Program-made: the position numbers and the translations under genes
Assembly: GCA_965243205.1 (NCBI GenBank)
Contig: CBDEUK010000002.1
Location: 416,001-480,000 of the forward strand
Length of the DNA: 64,000 nt
Direction: 5' to 3'
DNA from: Gammaproteobacteria bacterium
GTDB lineage: Bacteria > Pseudomonadota > Gammaproteobacteria > Eutrophobiales > Eutrophobiaceae
Notes under the pieces: generated by a model
Database searches by the model: none
The model's input: only the letters and a program-made list of their open reading frames with translations
What the model was told of the DNA's origin: nothing
Shown: one piece after another, positions 33,945 through 43,166 of the stretch
Numbering within the stretch: position 1 is the first letter of the stretch
How the letters are laid out: each line of letters opens with the position of its first letter

Positions 33945-34619
33945 CTAAAAATTATATCCTAATGTTCCCATGGTTCTGAAATTATCAAACACTACCTCTG
34001 CATCAAATAGGTCAACATCAGTGTAGAAGTATGATGCGTTAAAACCAAAGTAAACATTATTTGTCACATCATAATCAAAACCAATAAATGCTTGTGCAGC
34101 TAGATTACTATCACCATCTTCGGCTGTTCCTAAACCGGTAAAAGTTGATCCTCCTACGGTAACCGCAGCCGTTGCACTAATATCTGCATCTACATTTGCA
34201 ATACCAAGCCCACCACCTATATAAGGATGAAATTTGCTGTTATTCATCAATTTGCCTTGATTATCTCTAATCATAATATTTGCCATAACTGCATCTATTT
34301 CATGTTCAATATTAAGATTACCTGCCAGAGTTGCATCACCAAATGTACCTCCAACAGATTCTTCATAATCCGCTCCTTTAGTGTGATGGTAAGTTAGACC
34401 CACTGATATTATTGGTGTTATTACTTCATCCTGCCAAATACCTCCACCGATAATCAGTCCTGTATCAGGGTCAATATCATCTGATACACCTGAAAATGAA
34501 ATTTCAGTACCACCAAATGATCCACCTGCTTGGATTTCAGCTCTAAAATGACTTTCTTCTTGTGCCTGAGAAGCTACAGTCCCCATGATAAAAAACGTGA
34601 ATAGCACTTTTTTTAGCAT
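33945..34619 (-). CDS. Eight-stranded outer-membrane beta-barrel protein (opacity/OmpW-like)
   Basis: Signal peptide, PYIGGGLGIA, alternating beta strands and C-terminal GYNF BAM signal. Confidence 0.85.
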   Translation of the reverse strand: MLKKVLFTFFIMGTVASQAQEESHFRAEIQAGGSFGGTEISFSGVSDDIDPDTGLIIGGGIWQDEVITPIISVGLTYHHTKGADYEESVGGTFGDATLAGNLNIEHEIDAVMANIMIRDNQGKLMNNSKFHPYIGGGLGIANVDADISATAAVTVGGSTFTGLGTAEDGDSNLAAQAFIGFDYDVTNNVYFGFNASYFYTDVDLFDAEVVFDNFRTMGTLGYNF

Positions 34620-34808
34620 CCTATTTTCTCCCTCTCATCTTAAAGTTAATTATTAAAAGTAAATTATAAATATAAACTCTTAAATGTCTATTTTTTATTA
34701 ATTTTTTATGAAAATTTCCTATATTACTTTTATGAGATTCGACTGAAGATATAGGAATGGACAATATGAAATAGCTAAATAGAGTTAGCCTTTATGGATA
34801 AAAACAAC

Positions 34809-34835
34809 TAAAGAATTTTAGAAAACGGTCGTTAA
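34809..34835 (+). promoter_or_regulatory. sigma28-type promoter of a candidate sRNA
   Basis: TAAA-N15-GTCGTTAA (2 mismatches to GCCGATAA); no plus-strand ORF downstream. Confidence 0.5.
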
Positions 34836-34842
34836 ATGAATT

Positions 34843-34925
34843 ATCAGTGCGGATTTTCCTCCTTCCCCCTACGTATCCGAACTGAGATTTAAACTAATAG
34901 CCAGGTGATGAACCTGGCTTTTTTT
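34843..34925 (+). ncRNA. Candidate sRNA: hairpin with a C/U-rich anti-SD loop plus intrinsic terminator
   Basis: Stem TCAGTGCGGAT (34844-54) pairs with ATCCGAACTGA (34875-85) around the 20-nt loop TTTCCTCCTTCCCCCTACGT; terminator AGCCAGG-TGATGAA-CCTGGCT followed by a T-run on the plus strand. Confidence 0.6.
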
Positions 34926-37197
34926 ATTCTTCTTGATCAGACTCAACTAAAATAGGCTTCATAAAAGCAACATTGCGAAATCCCCTCGGTAACATGCTGC
35001 CTCTACGACCACGTTCACTTACGTAGTGCTCTAAATCTGTTGGTTTTAAAGTTAATGTACGTTGACCCGAAGTGATTTCAATCGAGGCGTCTTCAGGATA
35101 AGCACATACTGCAGCCATGTATTCTTCTCGATTTTTGAGTTTATCGGTTGGGATTTGCATGATCTTATTGCCTTTACCTTTAGCTAACATCGGTAACTCT
35201 TCGACAGGAAATGTCATGAATCTCCCAGTTGAACTGACTGCCGCTATCCAATCATTTTCAGCATCTCTCACTAATGATGGCCTTAGCACTTTTGATGATT
35301 TAGGAACGCTGATAACTGCTTTACCATTTTTATTTTTAGTGAATAACGGCTCTAGATTACTCATAAACCCATAACCAGAATCAGTTGCTAGTAAATAAAT
35401 ATCTTCGTTCTCCCCCATCATTAGACCTTCAAAGGTTGCGCCATCGGGGGGATTTAAACGACTAGAAGCAGCTTCACCCAGACTTCGAGCAGAAGGCAAA
35501 CTATGTGCAGGTAAAGAATAGCAACGTCCACTTGAATCTAATAACATGGCTTGTTGATTACTCTTACCTTGAGCGGCCTGATTAAAACCATCGCCTGCTT
35601 TATAGTTAATGGATTCAGGATCAATATCATGGCCTTTAGCTGCACGGATCCAGCCTTTTTTAGATAAGATAACCGTAACACTTTCAGTTGGAATTAACGC
35701 TTTTTCATCGATTGCCTTAGCTTCTTCACGTTCTACCAATTTTGAACGTCTCTCATCACCAAAAGTTTCGGCATCAGCCAACAATTCTTTTTTAATTAAA
35801 GTTTTTAATCGTTGTTTAGAAGCAAGAATTTGTTGAAGCGAGTCACGTTCATTACTTAATTCATCCAACTCCCCTTTGATTTTCATTTCTTCAAGCTTGG
35901 CTAGCTTTCGAAGTTTTAATTCCAATACAGCTTCAGCTTGTTTATCACTTAGTTTGAAGCGTTTCATTAAAACTGGTTTCGGTTTATCTTCTTCACGAAT
36001 GATAGCGATCACTTCATCGATATTCAGATACGCAATCATCAAACCTTCTAAAATATGAATCTTGTCGAGTATTTTATCGAGTTGAAATTGCAAACGTTTG
36101 GTAACGGTTTCAGTTCGATAGGTTAACCATTCTTTTAAAATAATTTGCAAGTTTTTAACTTGAGGTCGACCGTTTAAACCAATCATATTCAAGTTAACTC
36201 GATAATTTTTTTCTAAGTCCGTCGTAGCAAATAAATGTGACATTAACGCTTCGAAATCAATTCGATTGGAACGAGGAACTAGAATAATTCGCGTAGGATT
36301 TTCATGATCCGATTCATCACGGATATCATCTAACATAGGAAGTTTTTTCGCCTGCATTTGTGCAGCAACTTGTTCTTGAATACGACTACCAGAACTTTGA
36401 TACGGCAATGCTGTAATCACTATGTTGCCGTTTTCTTTTTCCCACGTTGCACGCATTTTGATACTGCCATTTCCCGTTTCGTACAATTCTTGAATATCGG
36501 TAGCAGGGGTAATAATTTCTGCATTGGTTGGGAAATCAGGACCTTTAACATGCGTTAACAAATCTTTAACTGTGGCTTTTGGTGAATCCAATAAATGAAT
36601 ACACGCTGAAACAATTTCATTGAGATTATGCGGTGGGATATCTGTTGCCATACCAACTGCAATACCTGTTGTGCCATTTAATAAAACATTAGGTAAACGT
36701 GCTGGAAGTAATTTAGGTTCGTCTAAGGTTCCATCAAAATTAGGTTGCCACTCAACGGTACCTTGTTCGGTTTCACTGAGTAAAATATCGGAATATGCAG
36801 TCAGCTTAGATTCGGTGTATCTCATCGCTGCAAACGATTTTGGGTCATCCATCGAACCCCAGTTTCCTTGTCCATCTACTAACGGATAACGATACGAAAA
36901 CTCTTGAGCCATGTGCACCATTGCGTCATAACAAGCTGAGTCACCGTGTGGATGAAACTTGCCAATCACATCGCCTACGGTTCGCGCAGATTTTTTGTAT
37001 TTAGCTGTGGATTTAAGACCTAGCTCTGACATAGCGTAAACAATTCGCCTTTGTACTGGTTTTAAACCATCAGAGATATGAGGCAAAGCTCTGTCGAGAA
37101 TAACGTACATGGAATAATCCAAGTATGCTTGTTCGGTAAATTCGTTTAATGGACGTTGCTCTATCTGCTCAAAGTCCAAGCTCATGTTATCACTCAT
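34924..37197 (-). CDS. parC: DNA topoisomerase IV subunit A
   Basis: [25 protein letters not shown] and AAMRYTE catalytic Tyr. Confidence 0.98.
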   Translation of the reverse strand: MSDNMSLDFEQIEQRPLNEFTEQAYLDYSMYVILDRALPHISDGLKPVQRRIVYAMSELGLKSTAKYKKSARTVGDVIGKFHPHGDSACYDAMVHMAQEFSYRYPLVDGQGNWGSMDDPKSFAAMRYTESKLTAYSDILLSETEQGTVEWQPNFDGTLDEPKLLPARLPNVLLNGTTGIAVGMATDIPPHNLNEIVSACIHLLDSPKATVKDLLTHVKGPDFPTNAEIITPATDIQELYETGNGSIKMRATWEKENGNIVITALPYQSSGSRIQEQVAAQMQAKKLPMLDDIRDESDHENPTRIILVPRSNRIDFEALMSHLFATTDLEKNYRVNLNMIGLNGRPQVKNLQIILKEWLTYRTETVTKRLQFQLDKILDKIHILEGLMIAYLNIDEVIAIIREEDKPKPVLMKRFKLSDKQAEAVLELKLRKLAKLEEMKIKGELDELSNERDSLQQILASKQRLKTLIKKELLADAETFGDERRSKLVEREEAKAIDEKALIPTESVTVILSKKGWIRAAKGHDIDPESINYKAGDGFNQAAQGKSNQQAMLLDSSGRCYSLPAHSLPSARSLGEAASSRLNPPDGATFEGLMMGENEDIYLLATDSGYGFMSNLEPLFTKNKNGKAVISVPKSSKVLRPSLVRDAENDWIAAVSSTGRFMTFPVEELPMLAKGKGNKIMQIPTDKLKNREEYMAAVCAYPEDASIEITSGQRTLTLKPTDLEHYVSERGRRGSMLPRGFRNVAFMKPILVESDQEE

Positions 37198-37224
37198 AAT
37201 TTTGTTATTTCACTGTATCTATTA

Positions 37225-37242
37225 TGTCTCTTAGAAAAGACA
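37225..37242. promoter_or_regulatory. Putative enhancer (bEBP site) TGTC-N10-GACA
   Basis: TGTCTCTTAGAAAAGACA about 85 bp upstream of a sigma54 -24 element. Confidence 0.55.
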
Positions 37243-37295
37243 AAAAAACATTTTTAAGTTGAATATTCTCAATAATTAACTTTACATTATTTAAT

Positions 37296-37308
37296 TAAAA
37301 TATTGATA
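37296..37308 (-). promoter_or_regulatory. IHF-binding site
   Basis: Minus strand TATCAATATTTTA matches WATCAANNNNTTR, between enhancer and sigma54 promoter. Confidence 0.55.
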
Positions 37309-37327
37309 TTTAAATAATTTTATAAGC

Positions 37328-37343
37328 TGGCACTTGCGTTGCT
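37328..37343 (+). promoter_or_regulatory. sigma54 (-24/-12) promoter, antisense to parE-parC
   Basis: TGGCAC-TTGCG-TTGCT, a full consensus match. Confidence 0.75.
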
Positions 37344-37353
37344 ATGATTTAAT

Positions 37354-37470
37354 TAAGCTTAACCTTTCTAAGTGGTTAGAAGGTTAACAACCGAATCAGG
37401 CCGGCTCTCTCTGTTTCTTAGTTAGAGATCACGTCGCAGGCAATATTGACAGGGATTGCTGGCTTGAACC
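37354..37470 (+). ncRNA. Candidate sigma54-dependent structured RNA (3' end uncertain)
   Basis: Hairpin TTAACCTTTCTAA-GTGG-TTAGAAGGTTAA (37359-87); long-range stem TCAGGCCGGC (37396-405) with GCTGGCTTGA (37458-67) using G-U pairs that work only on the plus strand; GC-richer than the flanking spacer. Confidence 0.5.
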
Positions 37471-37481
37471 AATTATCTTAA

Positions 37482-39374
37482 CTATTGCAATGATGCTAAA
37501 TCGCCCTTTGATTCTAACCAAGTTTTCCGATCAGGGGCACGCTTTTTAGCCAGCAACATATCAAGTAAGTCTACGGCTTTTTTTGGTTGTCCTGGCAAGG
37601 TCAATTGCACCAGCTTACGTGTTTCAGGCGCCATCGTAGTTTCACGTAATTGCATAGGGTTCATCTCCCCAAGCCCTTTAAACCGCTGGACGTTGACCTT
37701 GCCCCTCCTCTTTTCAGCACTAATTTGATCAAGAATTCCTTGTTTCTCATCATCGTCTAACGCGTAAAAAACATCTTTGCCAACATCAATACGAAACAAC
37801 GGTGGCATCGCCACATAGACATGTCCATTTTCAACCAATTGTCGGAAATGTCTCAAGAATAATGCACAAAGTAAGGTAGCGATATGCAGACCATCTGAAT
37901 CAGCATCCGCCAAAATACAAATCTTCCCATAACGCAATCCAGAAATATCCGCAGAACCTGGATCAACACCAATCGCCACAGCAATATCATGTACTTCTTT
38001 CGATGACAGTACTTGAGTTGAATCTACTTCCCAAGTATTTAAGATCTTACCTCTCAAAGGCATGACTGCTTGGAAATCCCGATCACGAGCTTGTTTAGCA
38101 GAACCACCCGCGGAATCACCTTCCACTAAAAATAATTCAGTGACTGTTAAATCTTGCATAGTGCAATCTGTTAACTTACCGGGTAACGCAGGTCCTCCAG
38201 TAACTTTTTTACGAACAACTTGTTTATTCGCTTTGAGTCTTCTTTGTGCAGATTGGATCGCAAGTTCTGCAACACGTTCTCCCATTTCAATATGTTGATG
38301 TAGCCATTGGCTAAACGAATCTTTAACAACACCTGAAACAAATGCAGCGCATTCTCGTGATGACAAACGTTCTTTTGTTTGACCCGCAAACTGTGGATCG
38401 TCTAATTTGACTGATAATAGATAGCTACAGCGATCCCAAACATCATCTGCGGTAAGCTTTACACCTCGTGGTAATAAGTTTCTGGCTTCGCAAAAATCTC
38501 TTAGCGCTTCCAATAAACCTTGTCTCAGACCATTAACATGGGTCCCACCTTGAGCAGTCGGAACTAGATTCACGTAACTTTCGGTAATTAAATCACCTTC
38601 TTCTGGTAACCAATGGATTGCCCATTCAACCGCTTCATGTTCAGCTTCCATATTGCCGAGAAACGGCTCAGGAGGAAGCAATTCAACACCTTCTAAACTC
38701 TCAGCTAAATAACTTTTTATACCATCTTCATAGAACCATTCGGTTTTATCTTTAGATTTTTCTTCAGTTAGCTTAATTGTTAAACCAGGAGCTAAAACAG
38801 CCTTCGCGCGTAATAAATGTTTTAGTTTGGCAATGGCTAAATTCGGTGATTCAAAGTATTTTTCGTTTGGCCAGAATCTCACAGAGGTTCCAGTATTACG
38901 TTTTCCAACGTCACCAATGACTTTTAAATCTTTGGTTTTATCGCCGTTAGCAAATGCGATTAAATATTCTTTACCTTCACGTTTAATTGTGACTTCTAGT
39001 TTTTTTGACAAGGCATTAACAACGGAGACACCCACACCATGTAAACCACCTGAAAACTTATAATTTTTATTCGAGAATTTACCTCCTGCATGCAGCTTAG
39101 TCAGAATCACTTCAACTCCAGAAATCTTTTGTTCCGGATGAATATCGACTGGCATCCCACGTCCGTCATCAGTGACGGTAACGGATTGGTCTTTGTGCAG
39201 AATCACCTCGATCGTTTTAGCATGGCCAGAAATGGCTTCATCCACACTATTATCAACGACTTCTTGGACTAGGTGATTGGGTCTGGTGGTATCAGTATAC
39301 ATGCCCGGTCGTTTGCGAACCGGTTCCAATCCCGTTAAAACTTCAATATCGGAAGCAGCGTAATCTTTTGCCAA
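37482..39374 (-). CDS. parE: DNA topoisomerase IV subunit B
   Basis: LEPVRKRPGMY, EVVDNSVDEA, VEGDSAGGSAKQARD and ADADSDGLHI motifs. Confidence 0.98.
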   Translation of the reverse strand: MAKDYAASDIEVLTGLEPVRKRPGMYTDTTRPNHLVQEVVDNSVDEAISGHAKTIEVILHKDQSVTVTDDGRGMPVDIHPEQKISGVEVILTKLHAGGKFSNKNYKFSGGLHGVGVSVVNALSKKLEVTIKREGKEYLIAFANGDKTKDLKVIGDVGKRNTGTSVRFWPNEKYFESPNLAIAKLKHLLRAKAVLAPGLTIKLTEEKSKDKTEWFYEDGIKSYLAESLEGVELLPPEPFLGNMEAEHEAVEWAIHWLPEEGDLITESYVNLVPTAQGGTHVNGLRQGLLEALRDFCEARNLLPRGVKLTADDVWDRCSYLLSVKLDDPQFAGQTKERLSSRECAAFVSGVVKDSFSQWLHQHIEMGERVAELAIQSAQRRLKANKQVVRKKVTGGPALPGKLTDCTMQDLTVTELFLVEGDSAGGSAKQARDRDFQAVMPLRGKILNTWEVDSTQVLSSKEVHDIAVAIGVDPGSADISGLRYGKICILADADSDGLHIATLLCALFLRHFRQLVENGHVYVAMPPLFRIDVGKDVFYALDDDEKQGILDQISAEKRRGKVNVQRFKGLGEMNPMQLRETTMAPETRKLVQLTLPGQPKKAVDLLDMLLAKKRAPDRKTWLESKGDLASLQ

Positions 39375-39607
39375 GGAATAACCTCTTATTTATTCTTTAC
39401 TATGAAATAGCAGATGGTGTGCCCTAAAGGATGTCGATGATAAAACGTGGCGCTGCAATTGAACAGAGGCAATGTTATGCTTTTAAATTAATTTATCATT
39501 GAATCTTTATCAGAAAACTTGCATAAATTGTCGCAATCCCTATGCTGTGCGCTCTTTTTGAATAGTTAATGAAAACACGAACGTATTGCTAATCTGGAGA
39601 TATAACA

Positions 39608-39859
39608 TTGGCCAGAAAAAAATCTTCCAATCAATTTGAAGACTCACTGAATAAATTGGAGTCCATAGTAAAAAAAATGGAATCTGGTGATTTAACGTTA
39701 GAAGAATCTATTCAACAGTTTGAAGAAGGCATTGCATTGAGTCAAAGCTGCCAAAAAACCTTAGACGAAGCCGAACAGAAAATAAAAATCCTGATGCAAA
39801 AAAATGGTGACAATGAGTTAGTCGATTTTGATGATGATCAGGAGCAAGATGAAATTTAA
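39608..39859 (+). CDS. xseB: Exodeoxyribonuclease VII small subunit
   Basis: FE.SL.KLE.IV..ME.GDL.LEES...FEEGI pattern; TTG start with GGAG RBS. Confidence 0.93.
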   Translation: MARKKSSNQFEDSLNKLESIVKKMESGDLTLEESIQQFEEGIALSQSCQKTLDEAEQKIKILMQKNGDNELVDFDDDQEQDEI

Positions 39860-39861
39860 AT

Positions 39862-40752
39862 ATGGAATTAAAACAGCAACTAGAACAATACCAACAAGCC
39901 GTTGAACAAGCCCTTGACGATTGGCTACCAGCAAAAGAATTAAAACCTACGAATTTGCACAGCGCCATGCGCTATTCTGTGTTAAGTGAAGGTAAACGCA
40001 TCAGACCTGTTCTGGCCTATGCCGCAGGAGAGTCTTTAGGAATAGCTATTGAAAACTTAAATGGGCCTGCCTGTGCTGTGGAAATGATTCATGCTTACTC
40101 ATTAATCCATGATGATTTACCTGCAATGGATGACGATGACTTACGGCGTGGACGACCGACTTGTCATAAAGCGTATGATGAAGCGACTGCTATTCTAGCT
40201 GGAGACGCCTTACAAGCTTTGGCTTTCCATGTTTTAGCAAAAGACCAAAACATTCTTGTTGGACCTGAACAACGTTTAAAAATGATCAATGTATTGGCTA
40301 TTGCTAGTGGTTCAATCGGCATGGCGGGTGGTCAAGGTATCGACTTGGATTCAGTGGGTAAATCGCTCACCTTAGAAGAATTACAAGATATGCATTCGCG
40401 TAAAACCGGCGCTCTTATCCATGCAAGTGTGGAATTAGGTGCTTTATCGTCAAACGATGTCCAGAACAAACAGCTAGAGCAATTATCAACCTATGCTCAT
40501 AGTATCGGTTTAGCATTTCAAATACAGGACGATATTTTAGATATCGAAAGTGATACAGAAACCCTAGGTAAGCCACAAGGCTCTGATATTGCGAGAAATA
40601 AACCGACTTATCCTAATTTATTAGGCTTGGATGGTGCAAAAAAAGCTGCCAAAGATATGCATCAGCAAGCTCTAGATAGTCTTTCCGAGTTCGATAATAA
40701 AGCCGATACCCTACGTAAAATCGCTGACTATATTGTCCAACGAAATAAATAA
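39862..40752 (+). CDS. ispA: Farnesyl diphosphate synthase (geranyltranstransferase)
   Basis: GKRIRP, HDDLPAMDDDDLRRG and FQIQDDILD motifs. Confidence 0.95.
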   Translation: MELKQQLEQYQQAVEQALDDWLPAKELKPTNLHSAMRYSVLSEGKRIRPVLAYAAGESLGIAIENLNGPACAVEMIHAYSLIHDDLPAMDDDDLRRGRPTCHKAYDEATAILAGDALQALAFHVLAKDQNILVGPEQRLKMINVLAIASGSIGMAGGQGIDLDSVGKSLTLEELQDMHSRKTGALIHASVELGALSSNDVQNKQLEQLSTYAHSIGLAFQIQDDILDIESDTETLGKPQGSDIARNKPTYPNLLGLDGAKKAAKDMHQQALDSLSEFDNKADTLRKIADYIVQRNK

Positions 40753-40763
40753 AGGATGTTAAG

Positions 40764-40794
40764 CCCTTGTAATCGGTCTAAAATATCCCATATA
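40764..40794 (+). promoter_or_regulatory. sigma32 (RpoH)-type promoter upstream of folE2
   Basis: CCCTTGTA-N14-TCCCATATA, close to the CTTGAA-N13/14-CCCCATNT consensus. Confidence 0.55.
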
Positions 40795-40829
40795 AGCACA
40801 GAATAATAATCTTAAGGTAGTAATTAAAA

Positions 40830-41642
40830 ATGAGTCAAAGCGCAGAAAACGTTAGCGAAAGCATACCTGATATTATGAAAAGTCAGGATACTCGCCAGAT
40901 CCCTATTGATCAGGTTGGAGTTAAGGGTATTCGTCATCCGGTAGTCGTTAATGATCGTTCTGGGCGTGAGCAACACACCGTTGCCAACTTCAACATGTAT
41001 GTGGCACTGCCTGCAGATTTCAAAGGCACTCACATGTCACGTTTTTTAGAGCTGTTAAATCAACATGAAGAAGAGATCACAGTTGAGTCATTTCGTACAA
41101 TGCTGAAAGAAATGGGCGATTTATTAGAAGCAAAAAGTGGCACGATTGAAATGGAATTTCCGTATTTCGTAATGAAAAAAGCTCCTGTTTCTGAAGTTAA
41201 AAGCATTATGGATTATGATGTTACCTTCATCGGTCAATTAGAAAACGGCAAGTCTGACGTGCTGGTAAAAGTCGTTGTACCAATAACGTCTCTTTGCCCT
41301 TGTTCTAAAAAGATTTCTGATTATGGTGCGCATAATCAACGCTCTCATGTCACTGTGTGTGTAAAAACCCGTGATTTTGTTTGGATTGAAGAATTAATTG
41401 ATTATGTCGAAAGCATCGCCTCTTGTCAGTTGTATGGCATATTAAAACGGCCAGATGAAAAATACGTTACCGAGCATGCTTATGAAAATCCAAAATTTGT
41501 GGAAGATATCGTGCGTGACGTCGCCATTTTATTCAATGACGACGACCGAATAGCCGCTTACACTGTTTCGTCTGAGAACTTCGAATCGATTCATAATCAT
41601 TCAGCCTACGCCAAAATTAGCAAAGACAAAGATAAGACTTAA
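40830..41642 (+). CDS. folE2: GTP cyclohydrolase FolE2 (type IB)
   Basis: [28 protein letters not shown] and ESIHNHSA motifs. Confidence 0.95.
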   Translation: MSQSAENVSESIPDIMKSQDTRQIPIDQVGVKGIRHPVVVNDRSGREQHTVANFNMYVALPADFKGTHMSRFLELLNQHEEEITVESFRTMLKEMGDLLEAKSGTIEMEFPYFVMKKAPVSEVKSIMDYDVTFIGQLENGKSDVLVKVVVPITSLCPCSKKISDYGAHNQRSHVTVCVKTRDFVWIEELIDYVESIASCQLYGILKRPDEKYVTEHAYENPKFVEDIVRDVAILFNDDDRIAAYTVSSENFESIHNHSAYAKISKDKDKT

Positions 41643-41655
41643 TCCATTTCCAATT

Positions 41656-41691
41656 TTAGGACGTCAAAATGCCAATATTTTGCCGTCCTAA
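41656..41691. repeat. 15-bp imperfect inverted repeat
   Basis: TTAGGACGTCAAAAT-GCCAAT-ATTTTGCCGTCCTAA, one mismatch. Confidence 0.8.
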
Positions 41692-41739
41692 TCATTTCAA
41701 TTTGTTCTAAACACGCCTTCCCTAAAATTTAAAAAATTA

Positions 41740-41752
41740 TAAACCATTGATT
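41740..41752 (-). promoter_or_regulatory. IHF-binding site
   Basis: Minus strand AATCAATGGTTTA matches WATCAANNNNTTR, 30 bp upstream of a sigma54 promoter. Confidence 0.55.
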
Positions 41753-41781
41753 ATTAAGCTATAAATTTAATATGATTTTTT

Positions 41782-41797
41782 TGGCACAGCTTCTGCA
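41782..41797 (+). promoter_or_regulatory. sigma54 (-24/-12) promoter
   Basis: TGGCAC-AGCTT-CTGCA with exact GG-N10-GC spacing. Confidence 0.7.
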
Positions 41798-41807
41798 GTA
41801 GTGACAG

Positions 41808-41870
41808 CGTAGTTACTTCTCCTCCCCCTTTGTGTGAGTGGGTGCTGTTCATTCAGCACCCTATTTTTTT
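41808..41870 (+). ncRNA. Candidate ~63-nt sigma54-dependent sRNA with an anti-SD seed
   Basis: TTCTCCTCCCCC (41817-28), then terminator GGGTGCTG-TTCATT-CAGCACCC-TATTTTTTT; no ORF between promoter and terminator. Confidence 0.65.
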
Positions 41871-41897
41871 GAACACTTCTCGGCTTTTCTCTTCTAA
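41871..41897 (+). promoter_or_regulatory. sigmaE (ECF)-type promoter
   Basis: GAACAC-N16-TCTAA upstream of the BamE-like gene. Confidence 0.45.
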
Positions 41898-41924
41898 GAA
41901 TTATTCATATAAACTTTGAACACC

Positions 41925-42218
41925 ATGAAAAAATTCTACTTTTTAATTGTATTTTTTACCTCTCCATTGGTTTTGGGTGATGCAGTACCTTTTTCAGATT
42001 TCAAATTTATTGATACAGGTATGTCAGAGGGAGAAGTCTTATATCGTATAGGTCCACCTGATCATGAGACTATTCAAAGTGATTTCTACCACAACATAAT
42101 TCGTAAAACCTGGTTTTACATTCCAGAAAAAAACACACCCACTTCTAGGCGTTGGATCAGTGAAGTGACTTTCGATTTCCGTGGGAATGTATCTAATACA
42201 AAGCGCTATCGTCCTTAA
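41925..42218 (+). CDS. Small exported protein with a SmpA/BamE-like fold
   Basis: Signal peptide, then I.TGMSEGEVLYRIGPPD...WFY...VTF...V pattern. Confidence 0.65.
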   Translation: MKKFYFLIVFFTSPLVLGDAVPFSDFKFIDTGMSEGEVLYRIGPPDHETIQSDFYHNIIRKTWFYIPEKNTPTSRRWISEVTFDFRGNVSNTKRYRP

Positions 42219-43012
42219 TTTTTTAAATCAATTTTAGCCTGTTCCCATAAAGCATCGAGAATTTCTAATTCTGTTTCTTCAACCTTCTGATCACGCTTAC
42301 GTAACTCTGCTTCGATGTATTGAAAACGTTGGGTGAATTTTTTATTGGTCTTTTGTAATGAGATTTCAGCATCAAGTTTGAGCCTTCTGGCAAGATTAAC
42401 GACTGAAAAGAATACATCACCGATTTCATCTGAGAGTTTAGCTTTATCCGCAGCTTGATCGATTTCATACTGTAACTCATTGCACTCTTCTTTGATTTTA
42501 TCAAATACAGATTGCATCTCGACCCAATCAAAGCCAACAGCAGCGGCTTTCTTTTGAATTTTCTGCGCTTGTTTTAAAGCAGGTAAGGTTTTTAATACGC
42601 CATCTAAAAGACTTTCGGGTTCTGAAGATTTATTTTTATCTACTCGTTCTTGTTGTTTAATCTTTTCCCAAGAACCTTTCACTTCTTCATCACTTTGGAA
42701 ATTTTCTTCGCCAAATACATGTGGATGTCGACGAATCATTTTGTCGCAAATACTTTTAACGACATCATCAAAGCTAAAATGCCCTAATTCTTTTGCCATT
42801 TGCGCGTGGTAAACCACTTGCAACAATAAATCACCCAATTCATCGCACAAAGCATCCATATCATTGTCCAATATAGCGTCTTGAACTTCATAGGCCTCTT
42901 CTAAGGTATAGGGAATGATGGTTTCAAAGTTTTGTTTTTTATCCCAAGGACAACCCGTTTCTGGATCGCGAAGGTCGGACATAATTTGCAATAAAGTTTC
43001 AATATTTGACAT
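42215..43012 (-). CDS. mazG: Nucleoside triphosphate pyrophosphohydrolase MazG (two-domain)
   Basis: LRDPETGCPWD, EEAYEV, DELGDLLLQVV, RRHPHVF and EIGD motifs; start set at ATG 43012. Confidence 0.95.
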   Translation of the reverse strand: MSNIETLLQIMSDLRDPETGCPWDKKQNFETIIPYTLEEAYEVQDAILDNDMDALCDELGDLLLQVVYHAQMAKELGHFSFDDVVKSICDKMIRRHPHVFGEENFQSDEEVKGSWEKIKQQERVDKNKSSEPESLLDGVLKTLPALKQAQKIQKKAAAVGFDWVEMQSVFDKIKEECNELQYEIDQAADKAKLSDEIGDVFFSVVNLARRLKLDAEISLQKTNKKFTQRFQYIEAELRKRDQKVEETELEILDALWEQAKIDLKN

Positions 43013-43166
43013 TAAAAGCAACCGTAAATCTATGAAAATTAAAGATGACTTGATCAATCACCCGTTTTCGCATACAAAGAGATGCGTTTTTGTTGTGGCA
43101 TCTTTAAACCGTAACAATAAGCACTGTACAATGCACGCGCATACTTGATAAGTAAAAGTGACGCTT

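Noticed and set aside
41325-41335. GGTGCGCATAA, identical to the XerC arm of E. coli dif
   Set aside because: It lies in folE2 codons for the conserved GAHN motif, and no XerD arm (TTATGTTAAAT) follows after 6 bp.
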